Shown piece after piece: positions 8,232 to 19,548 of a DNA stretch of 64,000 nt. The DNA is from an uncultured Gemmatimonadales bacterium (lineage in GTDB: Bacteria > Gemmatimonadota > Gemmatimonadetes > Longimicrobiales > Gaopeijiaceae). A program made the translations under genes and the position numbers. The number at the start of each line of letters is the position of its first letter. Position 1 is the first letter of the stretch. The notes beneath the pieces were generated by a model that made no database searches, was not told the DNA's origin, and saw nothing but the letters and a program-made list of their open reading frames with translations. The DNA is taken from contig CAWELD010000010.1 of the NCBI GenBank assembly GCA_963809895.1, forward strand, positions 352,001 to 416,000. The letters are read 5' to 3'.

Positions 8232-10340
8232 TCAACCCTCCGTCACGGTGGTCTCCGTGAGGCTACCCAACCAGTCGCGGATGGCAGCCTGGGACCGCAT
8301 GGGGGGCGCACCGCCGTTGGCGATGGCGTTCGTCCCGCCCTCGTCGATGATGCGGGCCTTTCGGGTATCGGCCAGCTCGAGCTCGAGTCCGTGAATGACC
8401 TGTGAGCGGAGCGTGGGATCCAGAACCGGAAACGCGACCTCGATCCTGCGGCTGAGATTGCGGTGCATCCAGTCCGCGGAGCTCAGGTAGACCGCGGGAT
8501 CCCCACCGCCGGCGAAAACGTAGATCCTCCCGTGTTCGAGATAGCGGTCCACGATGGAGCGCAATTCGACGTGCTCGCTCCATCCCGGGACGCCGGGGAT
8601 CATTCTGCAGATGCCGCGCACGACCCCTCGGATCCGAACGCCGGCTCGAGCCGCCTCGTAGAGCCGGGTGATCACGGCCTCGTCTTCCAGAGCGTTCAGC
8701 TTGAAGGTGATGCCTGCGGGCAGGCCCCTCCGGGCCTGCTCCGTCTCTTGGTCGATCATCTCGTAGAGCCGGTCCCGCAGGTCGAACGGTGCCACCATCA
8801 GAGAGCGGAATAGCGGGACGATCTCGTGGGATCCAGCGAGGATCTGAAAGACCCTTTCCAGGTCTTCGGTGATGTCCGCGCGCGAGGTCAAGAGTGCGTA
8901 GTCCGTGTAGAAGCGGGCGGTCTCCTCGTTGAAGTTCCCGGTGCCCAGGTAGGCCTGCCGCCGTCGCACGCCGCCCTTTTCGCGGATGACGAGCGCGAGC
9001 TTGGCGTGCACCTTGAGATCGGGCATCGAGTACAGGGTCACGATACCCGCCCGCTCGAGCCGCTCGGCCCAGGCCAGGTTCGTCGCCTCGTCGAAGCGCG
9101 CCTTCACCTCCACGAACACCCGGACCAGCTTTCCCCTTTCCGCGGCGTCCAGCAGGGCGCGCAGCACCGAGGACTCCCTCGAGACCCGGTATACGGTGAG
9201 CCAGATCTCCGTCACGTCGGGGTCCTGGGCCGCCTCGGTCAGGAAGCGGACCACCTGATCGTAGCTCTGATACGGAAAGTGCAGGAGCTGGTCCTCGCGC
9301 TCGACGACGTCACTCACGGAGGGCGACCGGGTCAGCACGGGATGCGGCACGGGAGGCCACGGCTCGAACTCCTCGCCGCGAACACCACACCGGGGAAAGG
9401 TGCGCAGATCGTGGAGATTGTGATACCGGCCGCCGGCCACCAGATCCTCGGGCTCCAGCCCCAGGACTTCGCGCAGGCGCTCCATGACCACGATCGGTGT
9501 GGCCGGATCGTAGAGGAAGCGAGTGGGCGCGCCGGTCTCGCGCTTGCGGAGGCTCTTGCGAATCGCCTCGACGACGTCGCCGGCGAACTCGTCCTCCAGG
9601 TACAGCTCCGCGTCGCGTGACAGCTTGACTGCCCACGACCCGGCGACCTGACGATCCGGGAACAGCTCGGACAGATGGAGGCGCAGCACGTCGTCCAGGA
9701 ACATCACGTGGTGGCGGCCCTGGTGAGGTCCCAGAACGACGAAGCGGTCCAGGGGCGGTGAAGGCACGGGCACCAGGGCGAGCTCGGGCTGCGACGGAGC
9801 CACGGGCACCGCGCCGTCGGGGTGCAGCTCGACGACGAGGTAGACGGTGCGTCCGTCGAGGAACGGTGGGTCTTCGTCCGGAGTCGGGAGCGCCGGCACG
9901 GCGAGGGGTCGGATCCTGTCTTCGAACAGCTCGCGGAGCGTCTCCCGGTCCCCGTCATCGAGCTCGTCTCCCGCGGTCAGATGGATGCCGCGGGCTTCGA
10001 GGCCCGGGAGGATGCGATCCTGGAAGATGTCGCGGAACTGCGCCTGCTGCCGGTCCACTTCGCCCCGGATCGCGCTCAGGATCTCGATGGGATCCACGGA
10101 GAGGCGCCGGACCCGCTTCTTCTTGAGTCGGAGCAGGCTTCGCAGCGAAGCCACCCGCACCCGGAAGAACTCGTCCAGGTTGGACGAGAAGATGCCCAGG
10201 AAGGCCAAGCGCTCGAAGAGGGGGACGCTGGGGTCGGCGGCCTCCTGCAGGACCCTGGCGTTGAACGCCAGCCAGCTCAATTCGCGGTCGGCGAGCGGCG
10301 GTCGGTCCGTCCCGACTTCTTCTTCAGTCCCGTCGCTCAT
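8232..10340 (-). CDS. ppk1: Polyphosphate kinase 1
   Basis: [45 protein letters not shown] motifs. Confidence 0.97.
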   Translation of the reverse strand: MSDGTEEEVGTDRPPLADRELSWLAFNARVLQEAADPSVPLFERLAFLGIFSSNLDEFFRVRVASLRSLLRLKKKRVRRLSVDPIEILSAIRGEVDRQQAQFRDIFQDRILPGLEARGIHLTAGDELDDGDRETLRELFEDRIRPLAVPALPTPDEDPPFLDGRTVYLVVELHPDGAVPVAPSQPELALVPVPSPPLDRFVVLGPHQGRHHVMFLDDVLRLHLSELFPDRQVAGSWAVKLSRDAELYLEDEFAGDVVEAIRKSLRKRETGAPTRFLYDPATPIVVMERLREVLGLEPEDLVAGGRYHNLHDLRTFPRCGVRGEEFEPWPPVPHPVLTRSPSVSDVVEREDQLLHFPYQSYDQVVRFLTEAAQDPDVTEIWLTVYRVSRESSVLRALLDAAERGKLVRVFVEVKARFDEATNLAWAERLERAGIVTLYSMPDLKVHAKLALVIREKGGVRRRQAYLGTGNFNEETARFYTDYALLTSRADITEDLERVFQILAGSHEIVPLFRSLMVAPFDLRDRLYEMIDQETEQARRGLPAGITFKLNALEDEAVITRLYEAARAGVRIRGVVRGICRMIPGVPGWSEHVELRSIVDRYLEHGRIYVFAGGGDPAVYLSSADWMHRNLSRRIEVAFPVLDPTLRSQVIHGLELELADTRKARIIDEGGTNAIANGGAPPMRSQAAIRDWLGSLTETTVTEG

Positions 10341-10882
10341 GGCTCGTGGAGGTCCGGGTCCGGCAGATCCCTGGGTCGGACGAAGCGCACCAGGTGTCCC
10401 GTGGCCGGGGCCAGCGACTCCCAGCCATCGCCGGGGAGCTCGAGCTGGACGAGGGCACCGGTGGGCAGCTTTCTTCGCAGACGCTCTTCGGCAGGGTCGC
10501 CGGGCGTCGGTATGGTGAGAACGGCCGCCAGCTCATGCAGCCCGGGATTGTGGCCCAGGACCATGAGTGTCCCGACATGTTCGTCCACGGCCCTGATCCT
10601 CTCCAGGAGAGCCGCCACCGAAGCGAGATAGATGTCGTCGCTCCAGGTGACCGGGGCCGTGCGTCCGGCGGCGCGGGTGAGCCTCGCCCAGGTCTGACGC
10701 GTCCGCGTCGATGTGGACGAAAGCACGAGATCGGGCCAGGGTCCGTGTGCACCAAGCCAATGACCCAGGGCCGTCGCCGCGCGCTCGCCTCGGGGCGAGA
10801 GCGGACGCTGGTGGTCCGGGAGCTCGTGATGATCCCAGGACGACTTCGCGTGGCGAAGGAGAAGGAGGGTGGGCGAAGGCAT
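10337..10882 (-). CDS. sixA: SixA-family phosphohistidine phosphatase
   Basis: LLRHAKS and LGHNPGL motifs; stop overlaps the ppk1 start (ATGA). Confidence 0.9.
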   Translation of the reverse strand: MPSPTLLLLRHAKSSWDHHELPDHQRPLSPRGERAATALGHWLGAHGPWPDLVLSSTSTRTRQTWARLTRAAGRTAPVTWSDDIYLASVAALLERIRAVDEHVGTLMVLGHNPGLHELAAVLTIPTPGDPAEERLRRKLPTGALVQLELPGDGWESLAPATGHLVRFVRPRDLPDPDLHEP

Positions 10883-10998
10883 GGTCCGCTGAGCCAGGGC
10901 GTGAATCCGTTCAGAGCGTGCAGCGCCGGGAATGTACCGGACTGCGCCACATGGGGCACCCGAGAGGGGTCGGCGGCGCACCCAGGGGCGCATAGGGA

Positions 10999-11030
10999 AG
11001 GGGGGTCGGATGTCCGATCCCGACCCCCCT
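10999..11030 (-). terminator. Hairpin after the histone H1-like gene
   Basis: Perfect 11-bp stem AGGGGGGTCGG/CCGACCCCCCT; weak T tail. Confidence 0.55.
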
Positions 11031-11059
11031 CGTTGGAGCGACTGCTACGTGCGGTGCCC

Positions 11060-11464
11060 CTATTTCTTCTTCCGCGTCGAAGCCTTCTTGGCGGCCTTCT
11101 TCGCAGGGGCCTTCTTCGCGGCCTTCTTCGCCGGCGCCTTCTTGGCGGCTTTCTTGGCCGGCGCCTTCTTGGCAGCCTTCTTCGCCGGGGCCTTCTTGGC
11201 AGCCTTCTTCGCCGTCTTCTTGGCCGGCGCCTTCTTGGCCGCCTTTCGGGCCGAGGCCTTCTTCACGGTCGTCTTGCGTGCGGCCTTCTTGGCTGGAGCC
11301 TTCTTCTTCGACGCGCTCTTTCGCGCCGGGGCCTTCTTCGCCGCCTTCCTGGCGGGAGCCTTGCGTGCGGCCTTCTTGGCCGGGGCCTTCTTCTTGGCGG
11401 ACTTCTTGGCGGCGGGCTTCTTCTTCGCCGCCCCCTTCTTGGCACCGGTCTTCGCTGCAGCCAT
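11060..11464 (-). CDS. Histone H1-like Lys/Ala-rich protein (134 aa)
   Basis: [18 protein letters not shown]... with tandem KKAPAKKAA repeats (27-bp DNA repeats); no acidic residues. Confidence 0.85.
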   Translation of the reverse strand: MAAAKTGAKKGAAKKKPAAKKSAKKKAPAKKAARKAPARKAAKKAPARKSASKKKAPAKKAARKTTVKKASARKAAKKAPAKKTAKKAAKKAPAKKAAKKAPAKKAAKKAPAKKAAKKAPAKKAAKKASTRKKK

Positions 11465-11650
11465 GGATTCATCCTCCGGAGGAAAGGTGTCACTGCGCGT
11501 CGACGCGATTACGAATACAGCCTGTCCGCTCACGATCCGCAATCCTTTTGTTCGCGCATGCCCCAGCATCTCGTACTGCGATTGTCGCGGCCTACGACAT
11601 GTGGCGCCCTTTGACGGCGGGGCGAGGCGGTGTAACGTGAAGGACGTGGA

Positions 11651-12475
11651 GTGCTCCCTGCGGCCCGGTTGCGGCCGCTCACGACCTGTCTGGATACGCC
11701 CTTGGAACGGACTGCAGATCAGATTCTCGCTCTCCTCCGCGAGCGCGGTGCCCGCTCGTTGCGGCGGGTGTCGCTGCGCGAGAACCGCTCCACCATCTGG
11801 TCTCTCACCCAGGGGGGCAGGGCGCTGAATCTGCATGTGGCGTATCGCGGGGCCCCGGTCCGAATCCTCGCGCACTTCGCGACCATCGTTCGAGAAGCCC
11901 GAGCGCGGACCACGGCGTATCGGACCGCGTGCCGCGAGGTGGCCGAATGGCCTGGTCTGGAGCCCGAACTGCGCCGCATCCGAGCCCGGTCCCGCAAGGT
12001 CCGGGCACCGGTCCGCAGGGGGCCCGGGGTGGGACCCTGCTGTGCGACTCCCGGGCAGCGGGCCTACCTGAGGCGTCTGTATCGCTACCTGAACGCGACT
12101 CGCTTCGGAGGTCTACTCCCGGCCAGCGTTCCCCTGCGTCTCTCGCGTCGCATGACCACCCGTCTCGGCCAGATGGTGCCGGGAACGCTGGACGGCAGGC
12201 GCGTGGTCCTGGAGATCGCCCTCAACCTGGATCTCATGTTGGAAGGCAACGGGCGTCAGCGATTGGACACCCTGTTGCACGAGATGGCTCACGCGGCGGA
12301 CTACCTGGTCCACGGTGAGACGGGCCACGGAGAAAGCTGGCGGCGTTGGGCTGCCCGGGCGGGCTGCGACGGACGGGCCGTCTGTCACGCCCCGATCCGG
12401 AGGCGCCGACGTCGTCGGGATGCGGTCGAGCGGGTACCGCCGCTGCCGGCCGGCTACCGGGAGTTGGCCGCGTAG
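11651..12475 (+). CDS. SprT-like zinc metalloprotease
   Basis: TLLHEMAH plus GHGESWR motif; start codon uncertain. Confidence 0.82.
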   Translation: MLPAARLRPLTTCLDTPLERTADQILALLRERGARSLRRVSLRENRSTIWSLTQGGRALNLHVAYRGAPVRILAHFATIVREARARTTAYRTACREVAEWPGLEPELRRIRARSRKVRAPVRRGPGVGPCCATPGQRAYLRRLYRYLNATRFGGLLPASVPLRLSRRMTTRLGQMVPGTLDGRRVVLEIALNLDLMLEGNGRQRLDTLLHEMAHAADYLVHGETGHGESWRRWAARAGCDGRAVCHAPIRRRRRRRDAVERVPPLPAGYRELAA

Positions 12476-12483
12476 GCGCGAGC

Positions 12484-12873
12484 TCATTGCCCGAGGGCCT
12501 CCTTGACGGCCTTCGACAGATCATCGAGAGAGAAGGGCTTGGGCATGAACGGCTGAGGTGGCTCACCTGGTGGGCGGCCGAACTCACGAGTGGTGTATCC
12601 GGAGGTGAAGAGGATCTTCTGATCGGGGCGTATGGCCTTGAGCCGCTCGGCCATCTCGATTCCCGAAATCCCCGGCATCACCACATCCGTGAGCACGAGG
12701 TCGAAATGCTCGTCCGCGTCCTCGATGATCTCGAGAGCCTCGTTGCCGTCGGCGGCAGCGCGGACGTCATATCCGAGCTTCTGGAGCAGGCGCCCGGTCA
12801 CTCGTCGGACGGTTTCTTCGTCGTCGACGAGCAGAATCCGGGCTCCATTGGGCCCTGGCGGGTCGCTGGTCAC
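12484..12873 (-). CDS. Single-domain response regulator
   Basis: ILLVDDE, TDVVMPG, KPF motifs; GTG start inferred. Confidence 0.88.
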   Translation of the reverse strand: MTSDPPGPNGARILLVDDEETVRRVTGRLLQKLGYDVRAAADGNEALEIIEDADEHFDLVLTDVVMPGISGIEMAERLKAIRPDQKILFTSGYTTREFGRPPGEPPQPFMPKPFSLDDLSKAVKEALGQ

Positions 12874-12998
12874 GTAAGAGGCGGCGGAAGACGAGAGTAC
12901 GACATTGGAAGGGCTGATGGGTGCATCCTCTGAAAAATGCGAGACCGGCGCCCGAATCGCAAATGGTTCGCCGATCGTCGTCGAGAGGGAGTGGTAGT

Positions 12999-14993
12999 TT
13001 AGACGCCGCGCAACTCGTGGATCAGGCCCACCACGGCCTCCGCCGTCACGCCGAGCTCCTGGAACAGCACCTCCGCAGGTGCAGACGCTCCGAAGCGGTC
13101 CACTCCCACCGCCGCACCGGGTCTGCCGGTCCATCGCTCCCAGCCTCGGGTGATTCCCGCCTCCACGGCGACACGTAGCCTGACGTTGGACGGCAATACC
13201 GACTCCCGGTAGTCGGCGTCCTGCATCTCGAACAGGTGCCAGCTCGGCAGGCTGACGACGCGGGTCGGGATGCCCTCGGCTTGAAGGGTTCGGCGCGCGT
13301 CCAGCGCCACCGCGACCTCCGAGCCCGACGCCAGCAGGAGCGCCTCGGGCGAGCCCCCGTCGGCTTCGGCGAGAACGTAACCGCCTCGGCGCAGCCCGCC
13401 GGCCGAAGCCAGGGAGTCGCGGTCCAGGGCCGGCACCTTCTGCCGCGTAAGCGCGAGAAAGGAGGGGCCGTCGGCCGCCATGGCCATCTCCCACGCCACC
13501 GCGGTTTCGGCCGGATCGGCGGGCCGAAGGTCCGTGAGGCCCGGGATGCAGCGCAGGCTCATGAGTTGCTCGACGGGCTGATGGGTCGGACCATCCTCGC
13601 CGAGGCCGATGGAATCGTGGGTGAAGACGTAGACGACGGGCTGCCCCATGAGGCTCGCCAGGCGGATGGCGGGACGCATGTAGTCCGAGAAGATCAGGAA
13701 GGTCCCGCCGAAGACGCGCAGCCCTCCGTGTAGCGCCAGGCCGTTCAGGATGCCTCCCATGGCGTGTTCCCGGATCCCGAAGTGCAGGATCCTCCCGCCG
13801 GGGTTGTCGGCCTCCAGGTCGCCGCCACCCTTGATGTCGGTCTTGTTCGACCCACTGAGATCCGCCGACCCTCCGATGAGCTCGGGAATGCGGTCGGCCA
13901 GGCCCTGGATGACCTTGCCCGAGCTGCTCCGGGTGGCATCGGGCTCATGGAGCTCGGGAAGGCCCGCCCGCCAATCCCCCGGCAACTCGCGCCTCATGAC
14001 CGTGCGCTCGAACTCCTCGGCGAGGGCGGGGTGCGTCTCCCGGTACGCGTTCCAGCGCTCCCGCCAGCCGGCTTCCAGCCCGGCGCCCCGCTCGCGGGCC
14101 TCGAGCCACTTGGCCCGTGCCTCGTCGGGGACGAAGAAGGGTTCCTGCGACGGATACCCCAGGTTCTCCTTGGTACGACGTACCTCTTCGGTACCCAACG
14201 GCGACCCGTGCGCCGCGGCGGTATCCGCCTTGCCCGGGCTTCCCCAGGCGATGGTGGTCCGCAGCACGATCAGGGTGGGTCGCTCCCGCTCGGCCCGCGC
14301 TTCGGCCAGCGCCTGATCGATGGCGGCCAGGTCGTTGCCGTCGTGCACGTGGAGGACCTGCCAGCCGTAGGCCTCGAAGCGCAGGGCGTGATCGGTGGAA
14401 GTGGCGAGGTCGGTGTGGCCCTCGATGGTGATGTGGTTGTCGTCGAAGACCCAGGTCAGCTTGCCCAGGCGTTGGTGCCCGGCGAAGGCGGCGGCCTCGT
14501 GGCTGATCCCCTCCATCAGGTCGCCGTCGGAGCAGAAGGCGACGGTGTGATGATCGACGATGTCGTGGCCCGGGCGGTTGAAGTGCGTCGCCAGCCATCG
14601 CTCGGCCAGCGCCATCCCCACGGAGTTGGCGACGCCCTGGCCCAGGGGGCCCGTGGTGGTCTCCACGCCTGGTGTGTGGCCGTACTCGGGATGTCCCGGG
14701 GTCCGGGAGCCCCACTGGCGGAAGTTCTCGATCTCCTCGAGAGGGAGGTCGTATCCGGTCAGGTGGAGGAGGCTGTACAACAGCATCGACGCGTGCCCGC
14801 ACGACAGGACGAACCGGTCCCGGTCCACCCAGTCCGGGTTGGCGGGGTTGTGCCGGAGGTGTCTCGTGAAGAGCGAGAAGCCCGCCGGCGCCAGCGCCAT
14901 GGGCGTTCCCGGGTGTCCAGAGTTCGCTTTCTGGACAGCGTCCATGGAGAGGACGCGCACCGCGTCGATGCAGAGACGTTCGAGATCCGTCAT
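12999..14993 (-). CDS. tkt: Transketolase
   Basis: [27 protein letters not shown] motif, [11 protein letters not shown] at 14993 overlaps the leuS stop. Confidence 0.97.
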   Translation of the reverse strand: MTDLERLCIDAVRVLSMDAVQKANSGHPGTPMALAPAGFSLFTRHLRHNPANPDWVDRDRFVLSCGHASMLLYSLLHLTGYDLPLEEIENFRQWGSRTPGHPEYGHTPGVETTTGPLGQGVANSVGMALAERWLATHFNRPGHDIVDHHTVAFCSDGDLMEGISHEAAAFAGHQRLGKLTWVFDDNHITIEGHTDLATSTDHALRFEAYGWQVLHVHDGNDLAAIDQALAEARAERERPTLIVLRTTIAWGSPGKADTAAAHGSPLGTEEVRRTKENLGYPSQEPFFVPDEARAKWLEARERGAGLEAGWRERWNAYRETHPALAEEFERTVMRRELPGDWRAGLPELHEPDATRSSSGKVIQGLADRIPELIGGSADLSGSNKTDIKGGGDLEADNPGGRILHFGIREHAMGGILNGLALHGGLRVFGGTFLIFSDYMRPAIRLASLMGQPVVYVFTHDSIGLGEDGPTHQPVEQLMSLRCIPGLTDLRPADPAETAVAWEMAMAADGPSFLALTRQKVPALDRDSLASAGGLRRGGYVLAEADGGSPEALLLASGSEVAVALDARRTLQAEGIPTRVVSLPSWHLFEMQDADYRESVLPSNVRLRVAVEAGITRGWERWTGRPGAAVGVDRFGASAPAEVLFQELGVTAEAVVGLIHELRGV

Positions 14994-17480
14994 GAACCCA
15001 CCACGAAATTCAGGAGTCGGTCGGGCACGTGGATCACGCGCCGCACCGTCGCGCCCTCGAGATAGCGCGCGACATTGTCTTGCGTCCGGGCTTCGGCCTC
15101 GGCCACGTCCTGGTCGGCTCCCCGGGGCAGCGCCACCGTGGCGCGCAGCTTGCCGTTCACCTGCACGGCGACCTCCACCGTGTCTTCGCGCGCCTTGTCG
15201 GCGTCGAAGGCCGGCCAGTTGGCACCCTCGAAGATGCTGCGCTCGTGGCCGAGCACGGACCAGAGCTCTTCGGCGACGTGCGGTGCGAAAGGGGCCACCA
15301 TGACCACCAGGGCCTCGACCTCGGACCGGGTCGCGGTGCGCCCGCCCGCCCGCACCACGTTCAGGTACTCCATGAGGGCGGCGACCGCCGTGTTGTACTG
15401 GAGCTCGGGCAGTTGCGCGGTCACCTGGCCGATGGTCTGGTGGAGCTTCCGTTCCACCTCGGGATCGGGGTCGCCGTCGCTCGCGCCGTGGACCGTGTCC
15501 CACAGCCGGTGCAGGAAGCCGAAAGGCCCCTGGATACCCTCGTCCCGGTAGTCGCCGCCCTCTTCGAAGGGCCCCAGGAACATGAGGTACAGGCGAAACG
15601 TGTCCGCCCCGTATTCCTCGATGATGGGGTCCGGGACGATGACGTTCCCCTTGCTCTTGGACATCTTCGCCCCTTCGCGGATGATCAGGCCGTGGGCCCG
15701 GAACCGGGTGAAGGGCTCCTCGAAGTCCAGGTGTCCCAGGTCGTGCAGCACCATGGTGAGGAAGCGGCTGTACATCAGGTGCAGCACGGCGTGCTCGTTG
15801 CCGCCGATGTAGGTGTCCACAGGCAGCCATCGGCGGGTGATGTCGGCGTCGAACGGGCGGTCGTCGAAGTCCGTGGACGGGATAGCGCAGGAAGTACCAG
15901 CCCGAGTCCAGGAAGGTGTCCGACACGTCGGTCTCCCGGCGCGCCTCACCCCCGCAGCGCGGGCACTCGGTGCGGTACCACTCCTCCACGCGGGCCAGCG
16001 GCGACACGCCCGTGTCGTCGGGCTTGAAGTCCTCGACCCGAGGGAGCACCACCGGCAGGTCCTCTTCCGGGACCGGCACGGCTCCGCACTCGTCGCAGTG
16101 GATGATGGGGATGGGGGGCCCCCAGTAGCGCTGGCGGGAGATGCACCAATCGTGCAGACGGTAGTTCACGCGCAGCTCGCCCAGCCCGCGCTCTGCCAGC
16201 CACTCCGTGACGGCGGTGATGGCGTCGTCCTTGGTCAGCCCGTCGAAGCGCGCGGAGTTCACCAGGACGCCGTCGTCGGTCCACGCCTCCTCCAGGGGCG
16301 TGTCGGCCCCATCGCCGGGCCCCGCGACCACCCGGCGAATGACCAGTCCGAACTCGCTCGCGAACTCGAAGTCCCGGCTGTCGTGACCGGGCACCGCCAT
16401 GATGGCTCCCGTTCCGTACTCCATGAGCACGTAGTCGGCGATCCACACGGGGATGGCCTCGCCCGTGGCCGGATTCCGGCAGTGGCCACCGGTGAACACG
16501 CCCGTCTTCGTCTTGTCCGCCTTCTGCCGGGCCACCAGGTCCATCTTCTGGGCCTCGGCACGGTACGTCTCGACCTCGTCGCGACGGTCTGACGTGGTGA
16601 GCCGATCCACCAGGGGATGCTCGGGCGCAAGCACCATGAAGGTCGCGCCGAACACCGTGTCGGGGCGGGTGGTGAAGACCCGGATGCCAGGCTGGTCGTC
16701 GGACGCGGTCACGGTCTCCGGGGCCACCGGTGACGGCGGCATTCCGCCATCCAGCAGCGGAAAGACGAGCTCCGCCCCCTCGCTCCTGCCGATCCAGTTG
16801 CGCTGGGCCTTGGTGGTGGTCTCGGACCAGTCGAGGCCGTCCAGGTTGTCGAGCAGCCGCTGGGCGTAGCGGGTGATCCGGAAGAACCACTGGGCGATGC
16901 GCCGCTGCTCCACCGGCGTGTCGCACCGCTCGCAGCGTCCGCCGATGACCTGCTCGTTGGCCAGCACCGTCTTGCAGGACGGGCACCAGTTGACCGGAGC
17001 TTCCTTGCGCTCGGCCAGGCCGGCCTCGAAGAGCTTCAGGAAGACCCACTGGGTCCACTTGTAGTAGGCCGGATCGGTGGTGTCGACGGTGTGGGACCAG
17101 TCGAACATCCCCCCGATCCGCCGGAGCTGACGCGTGAAGTTCGCCACGTTGCTGGGGATGAGGTCCATGGGATGGAGGCCCATCTTCAGCGCGAAGTTCT
17201 CGGAATGGATGCCGAAGGCGTCGAAGCCGATGGGCTCGAACACCTGGCGACCCCGCAGGCGCTGGTAGCGCCCGTGGACGTCGGCGCCGGTGAAGGCATA
17301 GATGTTCCCGACGTGGAGCCCCTCGGCGGAGGGGTAGGGGAACATCATCAGGTTGTAGAAGGGCCTCTCGGTCTCGCGCAGCCCGTCCAGGGTGAACCGG
17401 TTCGTGCCGCGCTCGTCCCAGGCTTTCTGCCAGGTCCGCTCCACCTCGGAGGGGACGTAGGCCGTACCGTCGTGCGCCAT
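14990..17480 (-). CDS. leuS: Leucine--tRNA ligase (frameshift near 15878, probably sequencing error)
   Basis: MFPYPS..LHVGN (HIGH), editing domain FTTRPDT / [25 protein letters not shown] lies in the second frame (14990-15949). Confidence 0.95.
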
Positions 17481-17657
17481 GACTCGCGTTCCAAGTGGCG
17501 ACGGTCCCGGGCTCGAGACCACCCGATGGGTGGCGTCGGCGGGCGGGACCGTCGCGGGGTTCCGTTCCGGAGTTCCGAGAAACCGTAAGCTAAAGGGGGT
17601 GTCCAGCCCATACAACGGACCTGTCGGCGTCTCGCGTCCGTCCGTGGGTCGCTCGAC

Positions 17658-18089
17658 TCACCGCATCCGTTCCTCCACCCGCTGCTTCAGGATCAGATCG
17701 TGGTGCGTGAACGCCTGATGCATCCGCTCCAATAGCGAGTCGCGGAGGAGAACCGAGAGCCAGCCGGTGAAGCGCTCGCCGTGATGGAGGCGGGTCCCGC
17801 CTCCCGGGCGGGGATCCAGCCGGAAATAGTGTGTACCGGTGAACAGGACCGGGAGGATCTCCCAGCCTCGCCAGGCGAGCTTTCGAGGTGGTTCCCAGGC
17901 CACGATCCTCACCCGGTAGCTCCGCGACAGAGGCGTCACCTCCACCGTCACGCGCTGGTCGAGCGCGGCGATGCCCTCGACGGAGCCGATCAGGGGATTC
18001 CACTCCGGATACGCCTGGAAGTCGGTGAGCACCTCCCAGACGCGCGCGGGCGGGGCCGCGATGTCGATGCGGGTAAGGTATTCCCTCAT
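17658..18089 (-). CDS. SRPBCC/START-domain protein
   Basis: IDIAAPPARVWEVLTDFQAYPEWNP signature. Confidence 0.87.
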   Translation of the reverse strand: MREYLTRIDIAAPPARVWEVLTDFQAYPEWNPLIGSVEGIAALDQRVTVEVTPLSRSYRVRIVAWEPPRKLAWRGWEILPVLFTGTHYFRLDPRPGGGTRLHHGERFTGWLSVLLRDSLLERMHQAFTHHDLILKQRVEERMR

Positions 18090-18192
18090 GGGCGGGTGCC
18101 GTGCGGTGCAACGCGGACAGGTTCCTGGCAGCGACCCACGGTACGTCGGAACCCTTGCGGTCGTCCAGGGACATGTGGGAGGTTCGGGCTCC

Positions 18193-19530
18193 ATGCAGAG
18201 TCCTCCGGGTTCCGCCGATCTGCCTCGTCGTCTGGGCACCTTCTCCCTGGCCAGCGCTGCGGTCGGGCTGATCATCGGCAGCGGAATCTTCCGCGTTCCC
18301 AGCAGTGTGGCCGCCGATGCGGGCTCGCTGACGGGCGTGGGGCTGGTCTGGCTGTTGGCGGGCCTGACCTCGCTGTGCGGCGCCCTGGCGCTCGCCGAGC
18401 TGGCCGCGCTCTTTCCGCGCACCGGGGGGGTCTACGTGTTCCTCCGTGAGGTCTACGGGCCCCTGGGCGGCTTCCTGTACGGCTGGGCGCGGCTCACGGT
18501 CCTCATGCCCACGACGCTGGGAGCGATCGCCCTCATCTGTGCGGCGTATCTCCGTGAGCTCCTGCCCTTCGCCCTGCCGGGCGATGGATGGGTCGCCGGC
18601 GGGCTGATCGCCCTGCTGGCCGCGGTCAACTACCGATCGACCATCTGGAGCGTGGTGCTCGAGAACGCCACCACGGTCACCAAGCTGGGGGCGCTGGCCG
18701 CCGTGTCCGTGGCGATCTTCTGGCTGGGCGACCGTTCCACCGGTGCCCTGGCGCCCTCGGCCGACCCCGGCGCTCTGGCAGCGCAGGGGGCCGGACTGGC
18801 GCTGGTGACTGCCATGTGGACGTACTCCGGATGGGCCACGGCATGCAGCATCGTCGGAGAAGTGCGCGACCCGGGCCGGACGATTCCGCGGGCGCTCATC
18901 GGCGGATTGGTGGCTGTCACGGTGGCGTACCTGCTGGTGAACGCGGCCTACCTGTGGGTCCTCCCGCTGGACGTGGTGGCGCGCTCTCCGGCGGTGGCCG
19001 TGACCGCCATGTCCGAGGTGGCCGGGGCCGGCGGAACCCGGCTGGTCGCGTTGCTCGTGGTGATCTCGACGCTGGGCGCGTTGAACGCGGCGATTCTCCT
19101 CGGACCCAGGGTCTTCTTCGCCATGGCGCGGGACGGCCTTCTCTTTCGCCGGGTCGGCGGGGTCCACCCGGTGCATCACACCCCCCACGCGGCCACCATC
19201 CTGTCCGCTCTCCTGGGCGTGGCCTATCTGTCCGTGCAGACCTTCGAAGAGCTGGCTCAGGCCTTCATTCTCGGGGCCTGGCCTTTCTACGTGGCGGCTG
19301 TGGTCGGCGTCTTCATCCTGCGCAGGCGTCGGCCCGACGCGCCCCGCCCCTACCGGGCGTGGGGGCATCCCTGGACCTCGGGGCTCTTTCTCCTGGTGTC
19401 CGGGGGGATGCTGCTGAACTCTCTGGTCGCGCGACCCGGCCTGACCTTGTTCGGCTTCGGTCTGATCCTGGCGGGCGTGCCGGTCTACGCACTCGTGCGC
19501 CGGCGCTCGGCGACGACACGGCCGAGTTAG
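18193..19530 (+). CDS. APC-family amino acid permease
   Basis: IIGSGIF, AELAALFPRTGG, YSGW, GEVRDPGRTIPRA; many transmembrane helices. Confidence 0.93.
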   Translation: MQSPPGSADLPRRLGTFSLASAAVGLIIGSGIFRVPSSVAADAGSLTGVGLVWLLAGLTSLCGALALAELAALFPRTGGVYVFLREVYGPLGGFLYGWARLTVLMPTTLGAIALICAAYLRELLPFALPGDGWVAGGLIALLAAVNYRSTIWSVVLENATTVTKLGALAAVSVAIFWLGDRSTGALAPSADPGALAAQGAGLALVTAMWTYSGWATACSIVGEVRDPGRTIPRALIGGLVAVTVAYLLVNAAYLWVLPLDVVARSPAVAVTAMSEVAGAGGTRLVALLVVISTLGALNAAILLGPRVFFAMARDGLLFRRVGGVHPVHHTPHAATILSALLGVAYLSVQTFEELAQAFILGAWPFYVAAVVGVFILRRRRPDAPRPYRAWGHPWTSGLFLLVSGGMLLNSLVARPGLTLFGFGLILAGVPVYALVRRRSATTRPS

Positions 19531-19548
19531 CGGCGCGCGAAGGGACCG

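Noticed and set aside
10932..11828. Hydrophobic [15 protein letters not shown] membrane protein on the + strand
   Set aside because: Antisense shadow of the KKAPAKKAA gene, which has the proper RBS.
15860..15890. Programmed ribosomal frameshift in leuS
   Set aside because: No slippery heptamer is visible, and similar indels occur in many unrelated genes, so sequencing error is the simpler explanation.
12999..17615. Apparent 1538-aa LeuRS-transketolase fusion
   Set aside because: A frameshift near 15878 moves LeuRS into junk sequence that runs into the tkt frame. The real KMSKS C-terminus is in ORF 14990-15949, and tkt has its own ATG at 14993.
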